From positions 14,756,001 to 14,820,000 of the forward strand of contig CM120645.1 in the NCBI GenBank assembly GCA_051362555.1: DNA of 64,000 nucleotides, in the 5' to 3' direction. This document shows positions 23,537 through 35,729 of this stretch, piece after piece (within the stretch, counting starts at the first letter, position 1; every line of letters begins with the position of its first letter). The notes under the pieces were generated by a model. The model saw only the letters and a list, made by a program, of their open reading frames with translations, made no database searches and was not told where the DNA came from. The position numbers were made by a program, and so were the translations under genes. This stretch comes from Lingula anatina. Lineage: Eukaryota > Animalia > Brachiopoda.

Positions 23537-24262
23537 TCGGTGTGTATGGTTTACGTATGTGTGTTTTCCTGATGTTGTGCGTGGTTTACGTGTATGTGTG
23601 TTTGTGTGTGTTTTTGTGTGAGCGCACGTATTGTGTAAAATAAGTGAAGTTCCAAGCTACGACAATGTTTTCTAAAATTAAATAAAAGTTTTAAAGAGCA
23701 AACCGTAAAATTCGCTAACTACAATGTATAACGACATTAGACCAGATTGGTGATTGGCCTGGAATGGCTACCCTGAGTGTCAAAGCAAGGAAAAAGCTAG
23801 CTTGTTAAATATTATACCTTGTGATGGAGTCGCTTTTACTGGCTCTGACGAACAGCGACAATCCTACAGTTGGTATAATACGTAATAAAATAAAGCTTTA
23901 AGATACGTCTTGCGTTTTCAGTAAACATTATAATTCATTCATTTACCTAAAGGGAATAATTGAAATGACAAAAAAAACGATAGACTCATGAGAAAAACAG
24001 AAAATGTTACCCCACTTTTCTTCCATAACATTCTCCGCGATTACTACACTGTCTTATAAATTGAACTTAAAATACATATGACAATAATTTTTAATTTTCA
24101 AAATGATAAGATAATAGATCTTAATGCTACACATTGATAGTTTTGTTTCTAATTGTATTACTTATATTTTTAAAGCTTTGCAAATGAAAATATAATTACG
24201 GATAGATGGCCCTTAGGGATATCACGGCTTGTTATATAAATAAGACAATATCATATTTGAGG

Positions 24263-24357
24263 TGCTGATTTTCGAACTTAACCTGGTAAGCGTAAATCTT
24301 AGCAAAGGCTGAGTAGTTTACAGGTTAATTTGTGGAGACCCCCTGACCATCGGGGTT
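24263..24357 (+). ncRNA. Sm-site small RNA candidate, copy I
   Basis: tgctgattttcgaacttaacctg|GTAAGC at 24286; AATTTGTGG 24327-24335 (identical to the U1 Sm site); ACCCC/GGGGT 3' hairpin. Confidence 0.72.
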
Positions 24358-25878
24358 AATATGTAAAGTATGATGTTATCTATAAGAAATACCCTTATCC
24401 TAGCTTTGTTCTGTTCAGAATAACGGTACGTTAGAGTAGTATGTTAGTGATTACTTGACCAAAACACTTACCTAATCTTGGGACACTTCCTACTGTATGC
24501 ATTTTCTTGGTTTTCAGTTTCGTTTACAGTTTATTATAACCTGGATGACGTAATCCATGTTTTTCATACTTAAAATTGAGCGAATTCACAGTATTCGATT
24601 TATGTTTTTACATAAAATATCGCACTGATGCTTTTCCTGATGATGATTTTCCTGATGATGTGCGTGGTTTACGTGTGAGTGTGTGTGTCGGTGTGTGTGG
24701 TTTACGTATGTGTGTTTTCCTGATGTTGTACGTGGTTTACGTGTACGTGTGTTTGTGTGTGCGCGCACGTATTGTGTAAAATAAGTGAAGTTCCAAGCTA
24801 CAACAATGTTTTCTAAAATAAAATAAAAGTTTTAAAGAGCAAACCGTAAAATTCGCTAACTACAATGTATAACGACATTAGACCAGATTGGTGTTTGGCC
24901 AGGAATGGCTGAAGTTATAATGAAATATTTTACCACATCATGTCTTCTCTTTACAGTATCGAGTAGTTAAAGATGCATACAAAGTCAATTTTTTGTCACA
25001 AAAACCAACCAAATGCCAGCATATAGTTTCAAGTAGTATAACTAAGAGAATCACCAAAAGGCATTGTTTAATTTTACCCGAAAATGATGTTTGAACAGAT
25101 TTTTCTGCAGGCATTCTAAGCTGTATCTCAATGGGGCAGGAAAGTAGGTCACAGAAGTAGGTTAAATTTACAACCAAAAATTTAAAGAAAGGAGCAGTCT
25201 AAAGGTCTTTTATGGCTGATCGAGTGATCTATTCAGTTTATCCCTTGGCATGTCAAATTAATTTGAGTCATATAAGAATCTAGTAGAAGTGGTTTTCATG
25301 TGTTACTGGGAATCCAAGCTCCACCGATGCTCGGTTCGTATGTACCTTTAACATCTTATGTTGGATCTAAAGGTTTCACGAAAAAAAAATGACTCATTCA
25401 TTTTGTACGTTTTTATTCTCTGATAATAGGAAAATATAAGGAAATCATACTATTAATTACAGTGTTATACCCGATATATCTATCTGGAAGAATACTAGCT
25501 CCTATTAGTGATTATAACCATCTATATGAATACTTTCAATTTTTACCACACTACTAACAACACTTTTCAACACCACTTACGGCACCAAAACGCACCGACA
25601 ACTTATGGCCATGAAAGTATTCTACCGCCATTTTAAAAACTGTTTCAGGAAAGTTAACGTTAAAGTCATACAGGCAATACGACATGATGTAGACACGTAA
25701 TTTACAAGTTCTTTGCTGTATACAGTACACAAGGTTTACTTCCTATAAACTTTCTTATGGCCTTAACCATTTGATTTGCCTCTCATACTATTTAAATGGA
25801 CGTCTGGACTGGATATGATACATCACAGCTGTAACGAATGAAGAAAGTTGCGTCACTTCTGAGAAAATCTGATGGAAG

Positions 25879-28645
25879 TTATTCATTTGGGTTTTCTAGC
25901 TCATAATAGTCGTGTATTATTTCAGAGCCACTGGGACTTTGAGACGTTTCCTCGGGATTTTCCAGTACGAAATAGTCATGATCTTCCACAGGTTTCGACA
26001 CAGTTTGCCCTTGGGAATTATCGTTGCCGCTAGGCCGATTAGAACTATTACGAGAACCGTCAATGACTTCCAAGTATTCTGGTATTTTTCCTTTGAAGCT
26101 TGAAACACCGTTGTACGGGTTGGATGCATTTCTTCTATAAGAGTTCCAAGGTCTAGATGAAGTGTCCTTCACAGATGATCCGCTAGTACAGGGCCTAGCT
26201 GGATTACTCCTCAAAGAGGAGCTACCGTTGTAGAGCCTGGGTCCGTTATTCCTCAAAGAGGACGCACCATTACGGGGCTTGGAAGCAGTGCTCTTTATCG
26301 ACGATACGGTGTTATATAGCCTCGGTGAATCGCTCTTGAATGAAGAAACTCCCCTATAAGGCATGTCCCCACGCGCTTGCGAATATTCCGAATTACCAGA
26401 CTGAGAGTTGATTTCACTGTAGTCTCCATTTTCAGATGTCGCTGGTCCTCCTACATAAATAAAGGATTGTAGACTGTCTCGCGCGTTCCCGTCACGTCTG
26501 GCGGGAGTTGACTTTTCTTCCAGGACAGAATAAACAGGTTCCCCGGTGCTGGGATCGTATAGGGAGTTATCACTGAGTAAAACTTGGTAGCTGTTAGCGC
26601 TCCCAACTGACCCCCGGGATGGCACCTCGTACAAGTACGTCTGGGATTTGTCGTTACTGAGGATGGCCCGTCTTGGGGGAACCGTTATTATGGAGTTATC
26701 GATGTAGTTTGGATAGCCCTGTTTGAAGAAAAAGAGAAATTAGGTTTCACAGATTTCAGTGCATTAGGCGTGAAAATAAAAATTATTAAATATTAGAGAG
26801 TTTTTTTTAAATATATCTTCTGTAGCTACAGATTTGCATTAAAGAAATTGAAATGCCGAAAAACGATACATGAATTTGATGATTAGTGCAATGAATATCG
26901 TAAACGGCACAAAATATTTTCCATTTTTGTCTTTCATATTTCAGATCTCATACACATACATATCTTGATGGAAGGAAATATTAACCAAAGGAAATAAACA
27001 AACATACCAAAGCGCCATCTTCAGGCCGCCGATTTCGCATGATTTCCCTAATATCAGGAGTGTCCTTGGACTTATTACATCTGAAAATTAATACAGATAC
27101 ATTTGAATTTAATTTATTTTAAAACTTTTCTCTTAAAAAGGTTAAGAAGTACCATTATTGAATAACTGAAATAATTTGCATGAACTAACACTGTGAATAA
27201 TGGACAACTGGTGAACATATTGAACATCGCCATTTTAAATTGTGTTCGCATGCCGAGGTTTTAGAGTTAAGTAAAGGTACTGTAGTGCATTCACCTTCCG
27301 AGAGACTCCGAATTTTTCACACAAATGACGGCAATGAATAACAATACAAGCAAAGAGACACCTCCTAAAGCACCACCAATTATAAATCCTGTGTCGTCAG
27401 TTACTGCTACGGCGCCATCTGGAAGATTTGAAGTTTTAAGAAGAGTAAGTAGTTGTGTACAATTAAAACTGTTTCTTTTCAATAAGAAATGTTCATCTGA
27501 AGTGGATAGTTGATGAAAAACATAACATAAAACTGCTTCGCAGTATGAGGTCAAGGAAACAAGAGTTGCAAACGATAATATTTCAAATATCCTTTGACAC
27601 TGATAGAACATATAAAATATAAGAAATAGAAAATATAGCAAATGTTTATTATTATTATTGTTGTTGTTATTATTGAATAACTCACCACTTATCTCGTCTC
27701 CTTTTAATACAGTTATCGGGATATCACTCAGGCCGGTGTCTTTCCTGGTAGTAAGAACCAAATCCTGAGAAGTGCTGCTTGTAGTGTCCGAGGTTGCATT
27801 AGTTGTGACATACTCAGTTGTGCCGGTCGCAATCGGTGAAATTGCGGTAGATGTGCTCCCTGTAGCAATGCTTTCGCCAGTTGTTGGCCTGTTATAACTG
27901 TTTTCATCAGACGGCAAAACACTGGGTCTTCTCGCAGTTGGAGAGGTAGATGTAATAGTTGAAGATGGCATTGTATTGTTTGGGTTTTGTGTGTTTCCGC
28001 CATTTTCTGTTGTTGTAGAAGACTGTGCCGTTGTGCTTGATTTCGTGGGTTGAAAAGTGGTGGGATACCGTCTAGTTGTAGTCGTGGTTCTAGTTGTAGA
28101 TGTGGGGACAGCTGGCGTTGATCTGGTGGGAATTAGAAGTGTGGGGTAAATAATGCTGGGTATTGTGATAGCAGGAGGGGTAGTCGTCGGGTGTGTTGGT
28201 GTTGGGCGTGTAGTTATAGGTCGGAAAACCGTCGGTCGGACCGCCGTGTGTCGGGTAGTCGTGGAAGGTCGAACGGTTGTCGTTGGTCGGGTGCTTGTTG
28301 ATCGGGTAGTTGTTGTTGCTGCTTTTGTTGTTGTTGTCGTTGTTGTTGTTGACGCAGTTGTTGATGGTGCGGTAGATGTCGTTATCGGTAGGGTAGTAGT
28401 CGTCGTTGGTAGCCGAATTACAGGGTCTAAGCCGCAAAAATTCATGCACATATAATCATCCAAGAAACTTGACTGGTATGTCACCGTCCTGCACATCCCC
28501 TGCTGTCCCACAATGCACATCTTCATCACCCACTTCATGCCTTCCACAGTGTTCTTACATACAAAGTAGATGTCCTCACACGGCCCCAGCTCCCACCGGT
28601 TTAAGTTGTCACATTCCAGGCTTGAGTATCCGCATGGCCAGTCGA
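25879..28645 (-). CDS. Single-pass mucin-stalk receptor-like protein (Cys-rich module, Thr/Pro/Ser stalk, TM, Tyr-motif tail); exons 28645-27686, 27418-27295, 27080-27008, 26718-25879; 5' end unresolved
   Basis: Canonical AG/GT boundaries with compatible phases (1-1, 1-2, 2-0, 0-stop); DWPCGYSSLECD..GPCEDIYFVC...KMC; poly-Thr stalk; TM FIIGGALGGVSLLVLLFIAVICV; tail ends HDYFVLE...HDYYELENPNE. Confidence 0.82.
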
Positions 28646-29520
28646 CTGAAGTAAAAAAAAAAACGATATCAGTTATTTATCTGATAATGGATAAAAATTA
28701 GTATTTATGAAAAAAGAGGGACATCTTAGGCTACATGCACCTTTTGTTTTTTGTGCTTCAGAAGGGACTAGATGTCTAGCGCGAAAACGTATCCACAAGC
28801 ATCCATTTGGATACATGCGTGCACGTGGATTTTGATCATATATTTCAAACACAGTGTACATTTCAATTCCAACTTATTCTTTTTTTTTATATTTGAATGA
28901 TATTTTTCCTCCCTTTTAATAATTTTAGTTTCGTTTGGCTAGATGACGAAGTATGTTGTCCATGTATATGTGTGTGCGTGCGTACGGGCGTCCATGCGTT
29001 CGTATCTGTGTGTGTGTGGGGGGGGGGGGGTACGCTAATAAGCTGCCTACCATTTCAAAAACGCGCAATGCCATCCTCATATACAGCCACATTGAATGGC
29101 ACGGCGGCGGGGAAACCGTTGGACCATGCTACCTGTCTCGGTGATATGCATGACGTGATGTTTACGAACACAATATTTTTGGACAAACTTACAGTCAGGC
29201 CGCGGTTTGAAAGCCTTCTTTCAAGGTGAATTTTGATCCGGGTTAAATGTACAAAGAAATGAAAAACAAAGTTTTATGCCGTAATATTTACCGCATGTGC
29301 ACTGGCGCGTCACCGCGGTAAACCGTTAAATGAGGTGACAAGTGACAGGATTCGTATTGTATTGAGTCATCTGGTTTGCTGTGATACGATTCGTATATAG
29401 AAAACTTATGGCTGGAATGAGTAACATCCCAAGTAAAAGATGGAAAGTACTGATGATTTTGGAAGTCATAAGTCATAAATAGAAACACTAGAAGGGCATA
29501 AAATATATCATTTCGCCAGG

Positions 29521-29524
<4 letters not shown>

Positions 29525-29585
<61 letters not shown>
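29525..29585. repeat. Compound (TC)n(AC)n microsatellite
   Basis: Seen directly. Confidence 0.95.
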
Positions 29586-29588
<3 letters not shown>

Positions 29589-32500
29589 ACAGTTTACATA
29601 TGCAATTACATTTAAATTTGATAAATCAAAATTCCAAGAGAATTTTGGTTTAGCCGAGCAATAACTTCATAATTGACCGCAAAATGTTGATAGACTGCAA
29701 TGTATATCGTGTTACTGATCAAGTTAAAGATTCTCACGGAAATTTACGTAATTTGATTAATCACAGTCAGCATCTTATCAGGTGTTTGCATAGATGCATC
29801 ACGAGATGATAGCCGTTTGATATTTAAGAAAAAAATTAAGATGCACGCACGCGTACGTAAATAGATGAATCATCGCGTGTTACATTAATTAGTGCGATAT
29901 CTAAATGTCACAGGTGTTTTACATCGAGTTGCTTTTACACAAAACACGAATTTCTTTCGTTTCGAATGAATCAGCCGGGTAATATATCCATTAAGAATAA
30001 CGTAAACGTGTTGTTCAAAACACTTTGCAGACTTTGATTTCGACCCTATAATCAGGTGAGATCTAGGCAAAACTCTAGATACCGAAAACAATAAATTACA
30101 TTAGAAAGCTGCTCAAGGATTTGGGATCCAATTAGAACAAGGTTTTCAGGAAAGTATCAAGCAAGTAACAGGCTGTGCAACGAAATACTCGAAATTTTTG
30201 AAGCGGTGTCATTTGGTTCGCACGCGGCACTCGCGGGTTCCTTGTGTGTGTGAACCTTCTTGTGACATCAAGATTATTTTTGCACCTGCAAATGACTACT
30301 ATACAAGCGGTCACTGCGGTATATATTGCAGATTCTAAAATAGATTACCTTTAACTACGCATTCATCCTTAAACCTTATTACAGTCATTCATGCTGCTGT
30401 GGTTTTTATAGGAAATTAATCTCAACTTATCTATGATAATTTGGGCACTTGTCGTTGGTCATGTGGAATAAATAACGCACAGGATGCGCAGTCCGTTTCG
30501 TCGCTATGCTAGACAAAGTGCAATGGGAATTATCTTAGAAATATTGCGTATCATTTCAAGTGACGTGACGTTGTTAATGATTATAGGTCGGCTTCACAAG
30601 ATAAAAATATCCCCTTTTAAGTTAGATGTTTAATCTCGGTGTTAAAGGCTACATTAGGAAACCTTTAATCACGATGGAAAATGAAAAAAAAACGGTTTAG
30701 ACCTAAAAGCTCCGTTTAATGCTACTCTGGTCTTCATGGTCGACAGTCTGCAAAAATGAGGGAAAAAAGGTACACGTGTATAATACTCGTTTCACCGAGC
30801 AAAAATCTCTATTTTTTTATATTTACCCACGTGCCTTAATTATATCTACCATAGAAATTGACTTTCCGGACGACGTGTTAACTGTCAATGGCAATTCAAT
30901 AAACTGTCGCTTCTTTTGCAGTAATTACACCTGTCTCATTTGCAGAAATTGAGACCAAGTGGCTCGACCATATAGATTCCATTATCTGGGGATTTTACCA
31001 TCAATACAAGCACAGTTCGTAGCACCTTCCTCAGCAGAGGGATTCCATTATCTCCATGGAAGTTCAAAGCTGCATCTTCTTTTTGGAGATATTATATATT
31101 TTCAGCTGATTGAATTAGTGTATGTCGTGCTCTTGTGTTTTCTGCGTCGTTGCTTTAATCATTAAAAAAACAACCATAAGATTAGGGTTATCAGTAAAGC
31201 CCGTTTTTTTCTGTGCCTAGTATTTAGATGAAGAGCACGTTTAAGTGCTGTCTTCCATTATCAGATTTTATGGATCGCGGTGTGACATTTCTTTTATGTT
31301 GTCCTCAGCTGCTTACTGCTCCAGTGTTATCACGTCAGGGCTTGAGGGATCTAATTCTTCTGTCAGGAGATTTGAGGAAAACGGGGAAATATATACCGCT
31401 TCATGTACAACAAAGGACATCTATCTCTTGGGGTGGGAGGGCGGGGGGGGGGGGGGGGCTCAGGCTGAGCGGTAATGTGGGCTGATTTTACTGAGTATAT
31501 ATTATGATAACAGTTCTATGTCTGATTCAGAACTTCAGAACCGTGCTGGACTCACACCCTTATTGTTCTTTCTTTCTGATGCTTTCCTCGCCTTTGCAAA
31601 AGGTTAAAGAAAAAGTCGCTCTCTTTCTTAAGTCTCATATTAATTAATAAATTCTTAATGAAGCAATAATTATGCCCGCGGGGAGATATTAAAGTGTACC
31701 AGTAGCAGAACGCAGCCTGTCATAATCGCCCTTAATGGCGGCTTAATTACGCACGGTTTCTTTTTCGATTAAAGCTGTTGTGTAACCCCTGCCTTAGTAA
31801 TGTTCGTCGCCACTGAAATTGAATATCAAATATCACAATCAATTCAATTATGAGAATTTTCTTGACGACACGTCCCAAATTGAAAGTACATTGGCGTCAA
31901 AAACAGAAAAGACTTTTAATGTTTCGGATTCCTTTTATTATCTAGGCGTCAAAACTGATGGTGTGTTTAAAGTTTCCCTGTTCGGTGTCATGTTTCCACA
32001 TAATAGGATGATGGCCATAGCAGATTGGAGAGTGCAGTGCCAATTTTATGATCAAATTTTACTAACAAGTCAAACGTCTTTTTTAAAAGCAATTTTAAAT
32101 GGCGATCGATTCTAGAGAAAATTAAAATTATAAAATTAAAGAATAATATAGGTAATTTGTATCTTACAGCTTTTATTCCCTTTTTACTAGTTTTATATTG
32201 ATTTTAGCGGTTTTAGGTTTTACATGCCATATTTTTGTAAACACTGCTGAGACCTTTGTGTTGCTTAGTTTGAAAAAATAAATTATCATTATTAGTATAG
32301 ATCCCTTTGTTATCCTTATTACAGAAGAAATGACAATGTGTTTCAGCTTACAAAACTGATATAAACTACTACATTGCGTCCTTGGTTTGTGAAGTCCTTC
32401 CAAATCTGTGTTTCCAGTTTTCTTTTAGTCTGTATATACTCCGCACAGGTCGCTTCATAAACCCCATTAGAAATTCGTTTACCCTAACCACAAGGAATAA

Positions 32501-35500
32501 AAATGAAGCGAAATTCATCAAAAACTAATAAATGTTGCGATATTGCGTGTTAGAAGTCATTGGAACCCCAATTCATATGTATATGCAGTCAACCGCAAGT
32601 TACAGGGAAGTCTCATCTTTTCCCAATGGTATAATTAGCACAGTGCACAACACTTCAAAACAGAAAAAAACAATGATTGCAAGACTTGTATTTCTCTACA
32701 GATAAAAAAGCGTCACGAAACCACCATTGAATGCAGCTGGATATATCATATAGCATATGAATCAGCATGTTTCATTATTTTTTGGTTCCGCTTTCATTAT
32801 CTGTTTGTAAGACGATGTATCGTATGCCGTTAAAAATCATTGTTGTTGGTCATTGCAACAGAATGCCCAAATGCATTGCCTCTTGCGCGTTCAATAATGG
32901 CTACAGGTTTAATCGTTAAGACTTTTGTCTTGGGAGACGATATTTTAAGCACAACATCATTTCTGAATAGAATACATTTCCCAAGACAGAAGAGGGAAAG
33001 TAGTAACTAACGCCTAGGGTTTTCTCTAGAAAAAGCCGAAAGATTTTCTGCAATCGTTTCACAGACAATTTATGCAGGAATTTACATTAAGCGGATCAAT
33101 TACCAAAATGAGTTTCGTTGGCAAAAATATATTTGATCTTTGCGTTTTTAGATAACAATTCCAGCGTTCATATTTCCATTACTACAAAGGTATTCGTCTG
33201 GAAACATGTAAATGCAAGTTTGATTTATTACAAAAATACGTCTGCGTCGCCCAGTATTGCTTGCTGCTCTGAAAAAAACTCTGCCTTTCAGAAAAAAAAT
33301 CATCAGCTGTCTAACCTGACTTATGACTTGTGGCAGTACCTGGTTTGTGTGAAATGATAAACATGTCGCTTGTTGAGGCAGAAAGCGACTGTGGACTTGC
33401 AGCAGCCTTTTATATTTTAAGAAGAAGATTTCAAATCGCATTCAAACCCTTGTGTTCATTAGCAAAAGCTTGTAAATGCTTAAAATGCATTAAAATGATG
33501 GCTAATTATCCCAGACTCCAATTCCTAATTATTCAAGGAAAAATGTCGTCTGCTGCAGTACACACAAAATGGAAAATGGAGGATAGCATAAAACTCATCT
33601 GCTGCTTCCAGAACAGTCTGTTGATCTGCAGGCAGCGCCCGAGTTATTCCCTAAGCGTAATTAAAGTGATGAACGTCTCGATAGGTCGCGATTAAATACA
33701 CACAATACTCCAGGCGATAGCGCGTGATTCGTTAATGTGAGGTGAGTCATAGTCGTCTGCGCTGAAGAACATACTGTCTTCTCTAGATAGTCTTTTATTT
33801 GATTTGATGAGGAGGTAGTTTAAAAGGGGGGAGGAGTTTTTTTTTTTTTTTAAGTATAGGCATTTCAATAATATTGTTAGTACTTTCACCGGCGAATGAC
33901 ATGGACTGCCATATATATTTGTGCATGTATGTAGAGCCCCCTTTGTATATTTTATTTATCTATGCATCATCTTTATTTATTTATTTATTTATTTTATTTA
34001 TTTAATACTTGTGTGGTGGTAGGGGCGGTTGTGGTGGTAAAGACACCTTTTGGCGACATCGTTTCAGGCCTATCTTGTAAAAATAGTACCAGAAAATGGA
34101 CCGCCGAAGGCATGCGTCTCTCTTATCACACCTTCACCGGTATCTGGGGCCCTAGCTCACACCTTTCCAACCACCGGAAATGACCAGTGGTCATCCCCGC
34201 TCTCTACCACGTGCACCACTCCCATCAGACTGGCCACAGGACTGACCGTTATCGCCATGTCCAGCTATTATTATATTAGTGGCCAACAAACAACCAGAGA
34301 TGAATAAACTTTGAGTAACAGATGTTAACACTGATAGTTCCAGCAAAACGATGATCCAGTCACTATTTTTTTTATCCCTCTGATGGAAGGATACGGTATT
34401 CACTCTCCATGTCGTCGAGCACTCTCCAGGCATAGACTCAGGTATCATTAGTCACCGCAAGTCGGGTTAATTGCTGCTTTTTTCTCTTTTCACTTTTTTT
34501 ATTAGCAGACAGTTCTGCAGGTTATCAATCTGTGTAGGTAAAGCTTGAGTGTAAGAAATGATACGTGCAGGCTTCTTCACTTTCTAATATCCATAGAGAT
34601 AAGGCAGGCGTTCTGATACAGCTGTAAAAATATTTCACAGTGGAGAAACTAGCTCACATCGGATCTGAAACTCAGGGTGCGTGTGGTATAGTTTGGGAGA
34701 AAATTTTGCTGAGAGAGAAGAGTAGTTTGGTTGCAAAATGATGGAAGTCCGCCAAGGGGAATGGCCTTGTGGCTGACCAAGGAAGGCACACCGTTATTTC
34801 TAATAAGCGTGTCCATGCGCCATTTTTTATAGTGCATGTCAGCAGCATAGGAGGAGCTGACCCCCCACGCTATCCCTCTTCCAACTCTACTCACACACAC
34901 TTCCAAACACACACGCATGCACGCGCATGCACACACACATGCAGTGAGAGAGGTATAGAGAGAGACTAACGCTTCACTGAACACAGGCTTTTAGAATAAA
35001 CAATGGTCGTCTATCTGTTAAACAAGCGTTAAGAAATGACACAATGACCAAAACGGCGACATCTCAGTAGTCAAGCGTGACACGCGCGTCGTGACGTAGA
35101 CAGCGTGACCGTCGTCGTCGACACTCCCATCACTTATCCTACTGATAATTACTACTTGTCTATATTATTAATATTTCACATGGAAAGCGGTCAAGCGGGA
35201 AATGAAATGGAGTATTGGCCCCGTGTGTATTAAAAGCTCTGCTATCGCTTTTCTAATATGCATTTGTAGCCTTCAATTAACCATGTTTGTTGTTTAAATC
35301 AGTCGAAGATACTAGCCACGGGAATATTTATCTTTGTTTGAAACCGACTCGTGTGTTAATTCCACACGGTTCACTTCTCATAATGTCCATATTATCATTC
35401 TCTGATAGCTAATTAGCAGGCTCTAGAAAATATAGCCTTAAGGCGTACAGTGGCCATTTGACCTCTAATTAAAAGGCTCTCGTCAGAATGAATGTGTTAT

Positions 35501-35683
35501 CTGTTAAAGAAAATTACTGGTACCAATGTGTTCTATGCAAGAGGAAGAACGTGATGGGGTTAATAAATATATACATGTATGACCCAGAGATGCAGAATCC
35601 TTGCCTACTGTAAAAATTTAAATATGAGGTTTTCAGAAAAGTATCTCTTTACGTGAGCCTGTACGTAAAAAGAAACGATGTAA

Positions 35684-35685
<2 letters not shown>

Positions 35686-35727
<42 letters not shown>
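35686..35727. repeat. (CT)n microsatellite
   Basis: Seen directly. Confidence 0.95.

Positions 35728-35729
<2 letters not shown>

Larger units (their letters stand above)
22720..24910. repeat. About 1.05-kb tandem duplication (22720-23769 / 23871-24910) carrying RNA copies H and I
   Basis: tggtataatacgtaataaaataaagc at 22720 and 23871; near-identical through ggaatggct; explains the duplicate ORFs at 23422 and 24576. Confidence 0.92.

Noticed and set aside
13234-24357. Small RNA cluster as a CRISPR array
   Set aside because: Eukaryotic context, units about 1 kb apart each with its own promoter, homologous rather than unique variable segments, and no cas genes
13234-24357. Copies as canonical U5, U7, U1 or tRNA genes
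   Set aside because: No GCCTTTTAC loop (U5), no AATTTGTCTAG site and too much 5' structure (U7), too short and lacking U1 loops, no cloverleaf or A/B boxes
23422-24779. Paired ORFs MSEF(A/T)VFDLCFY...
   Set aside because: Products of the 1.05-kb duplication and TG microsatellites, with no protein features
29051-29273. Additional exon of the mucin receptor (…FPAAVPFNVAVYEDGIARF*)
   Set aside because: Stop in the required phase and no phase-compatible acceptor
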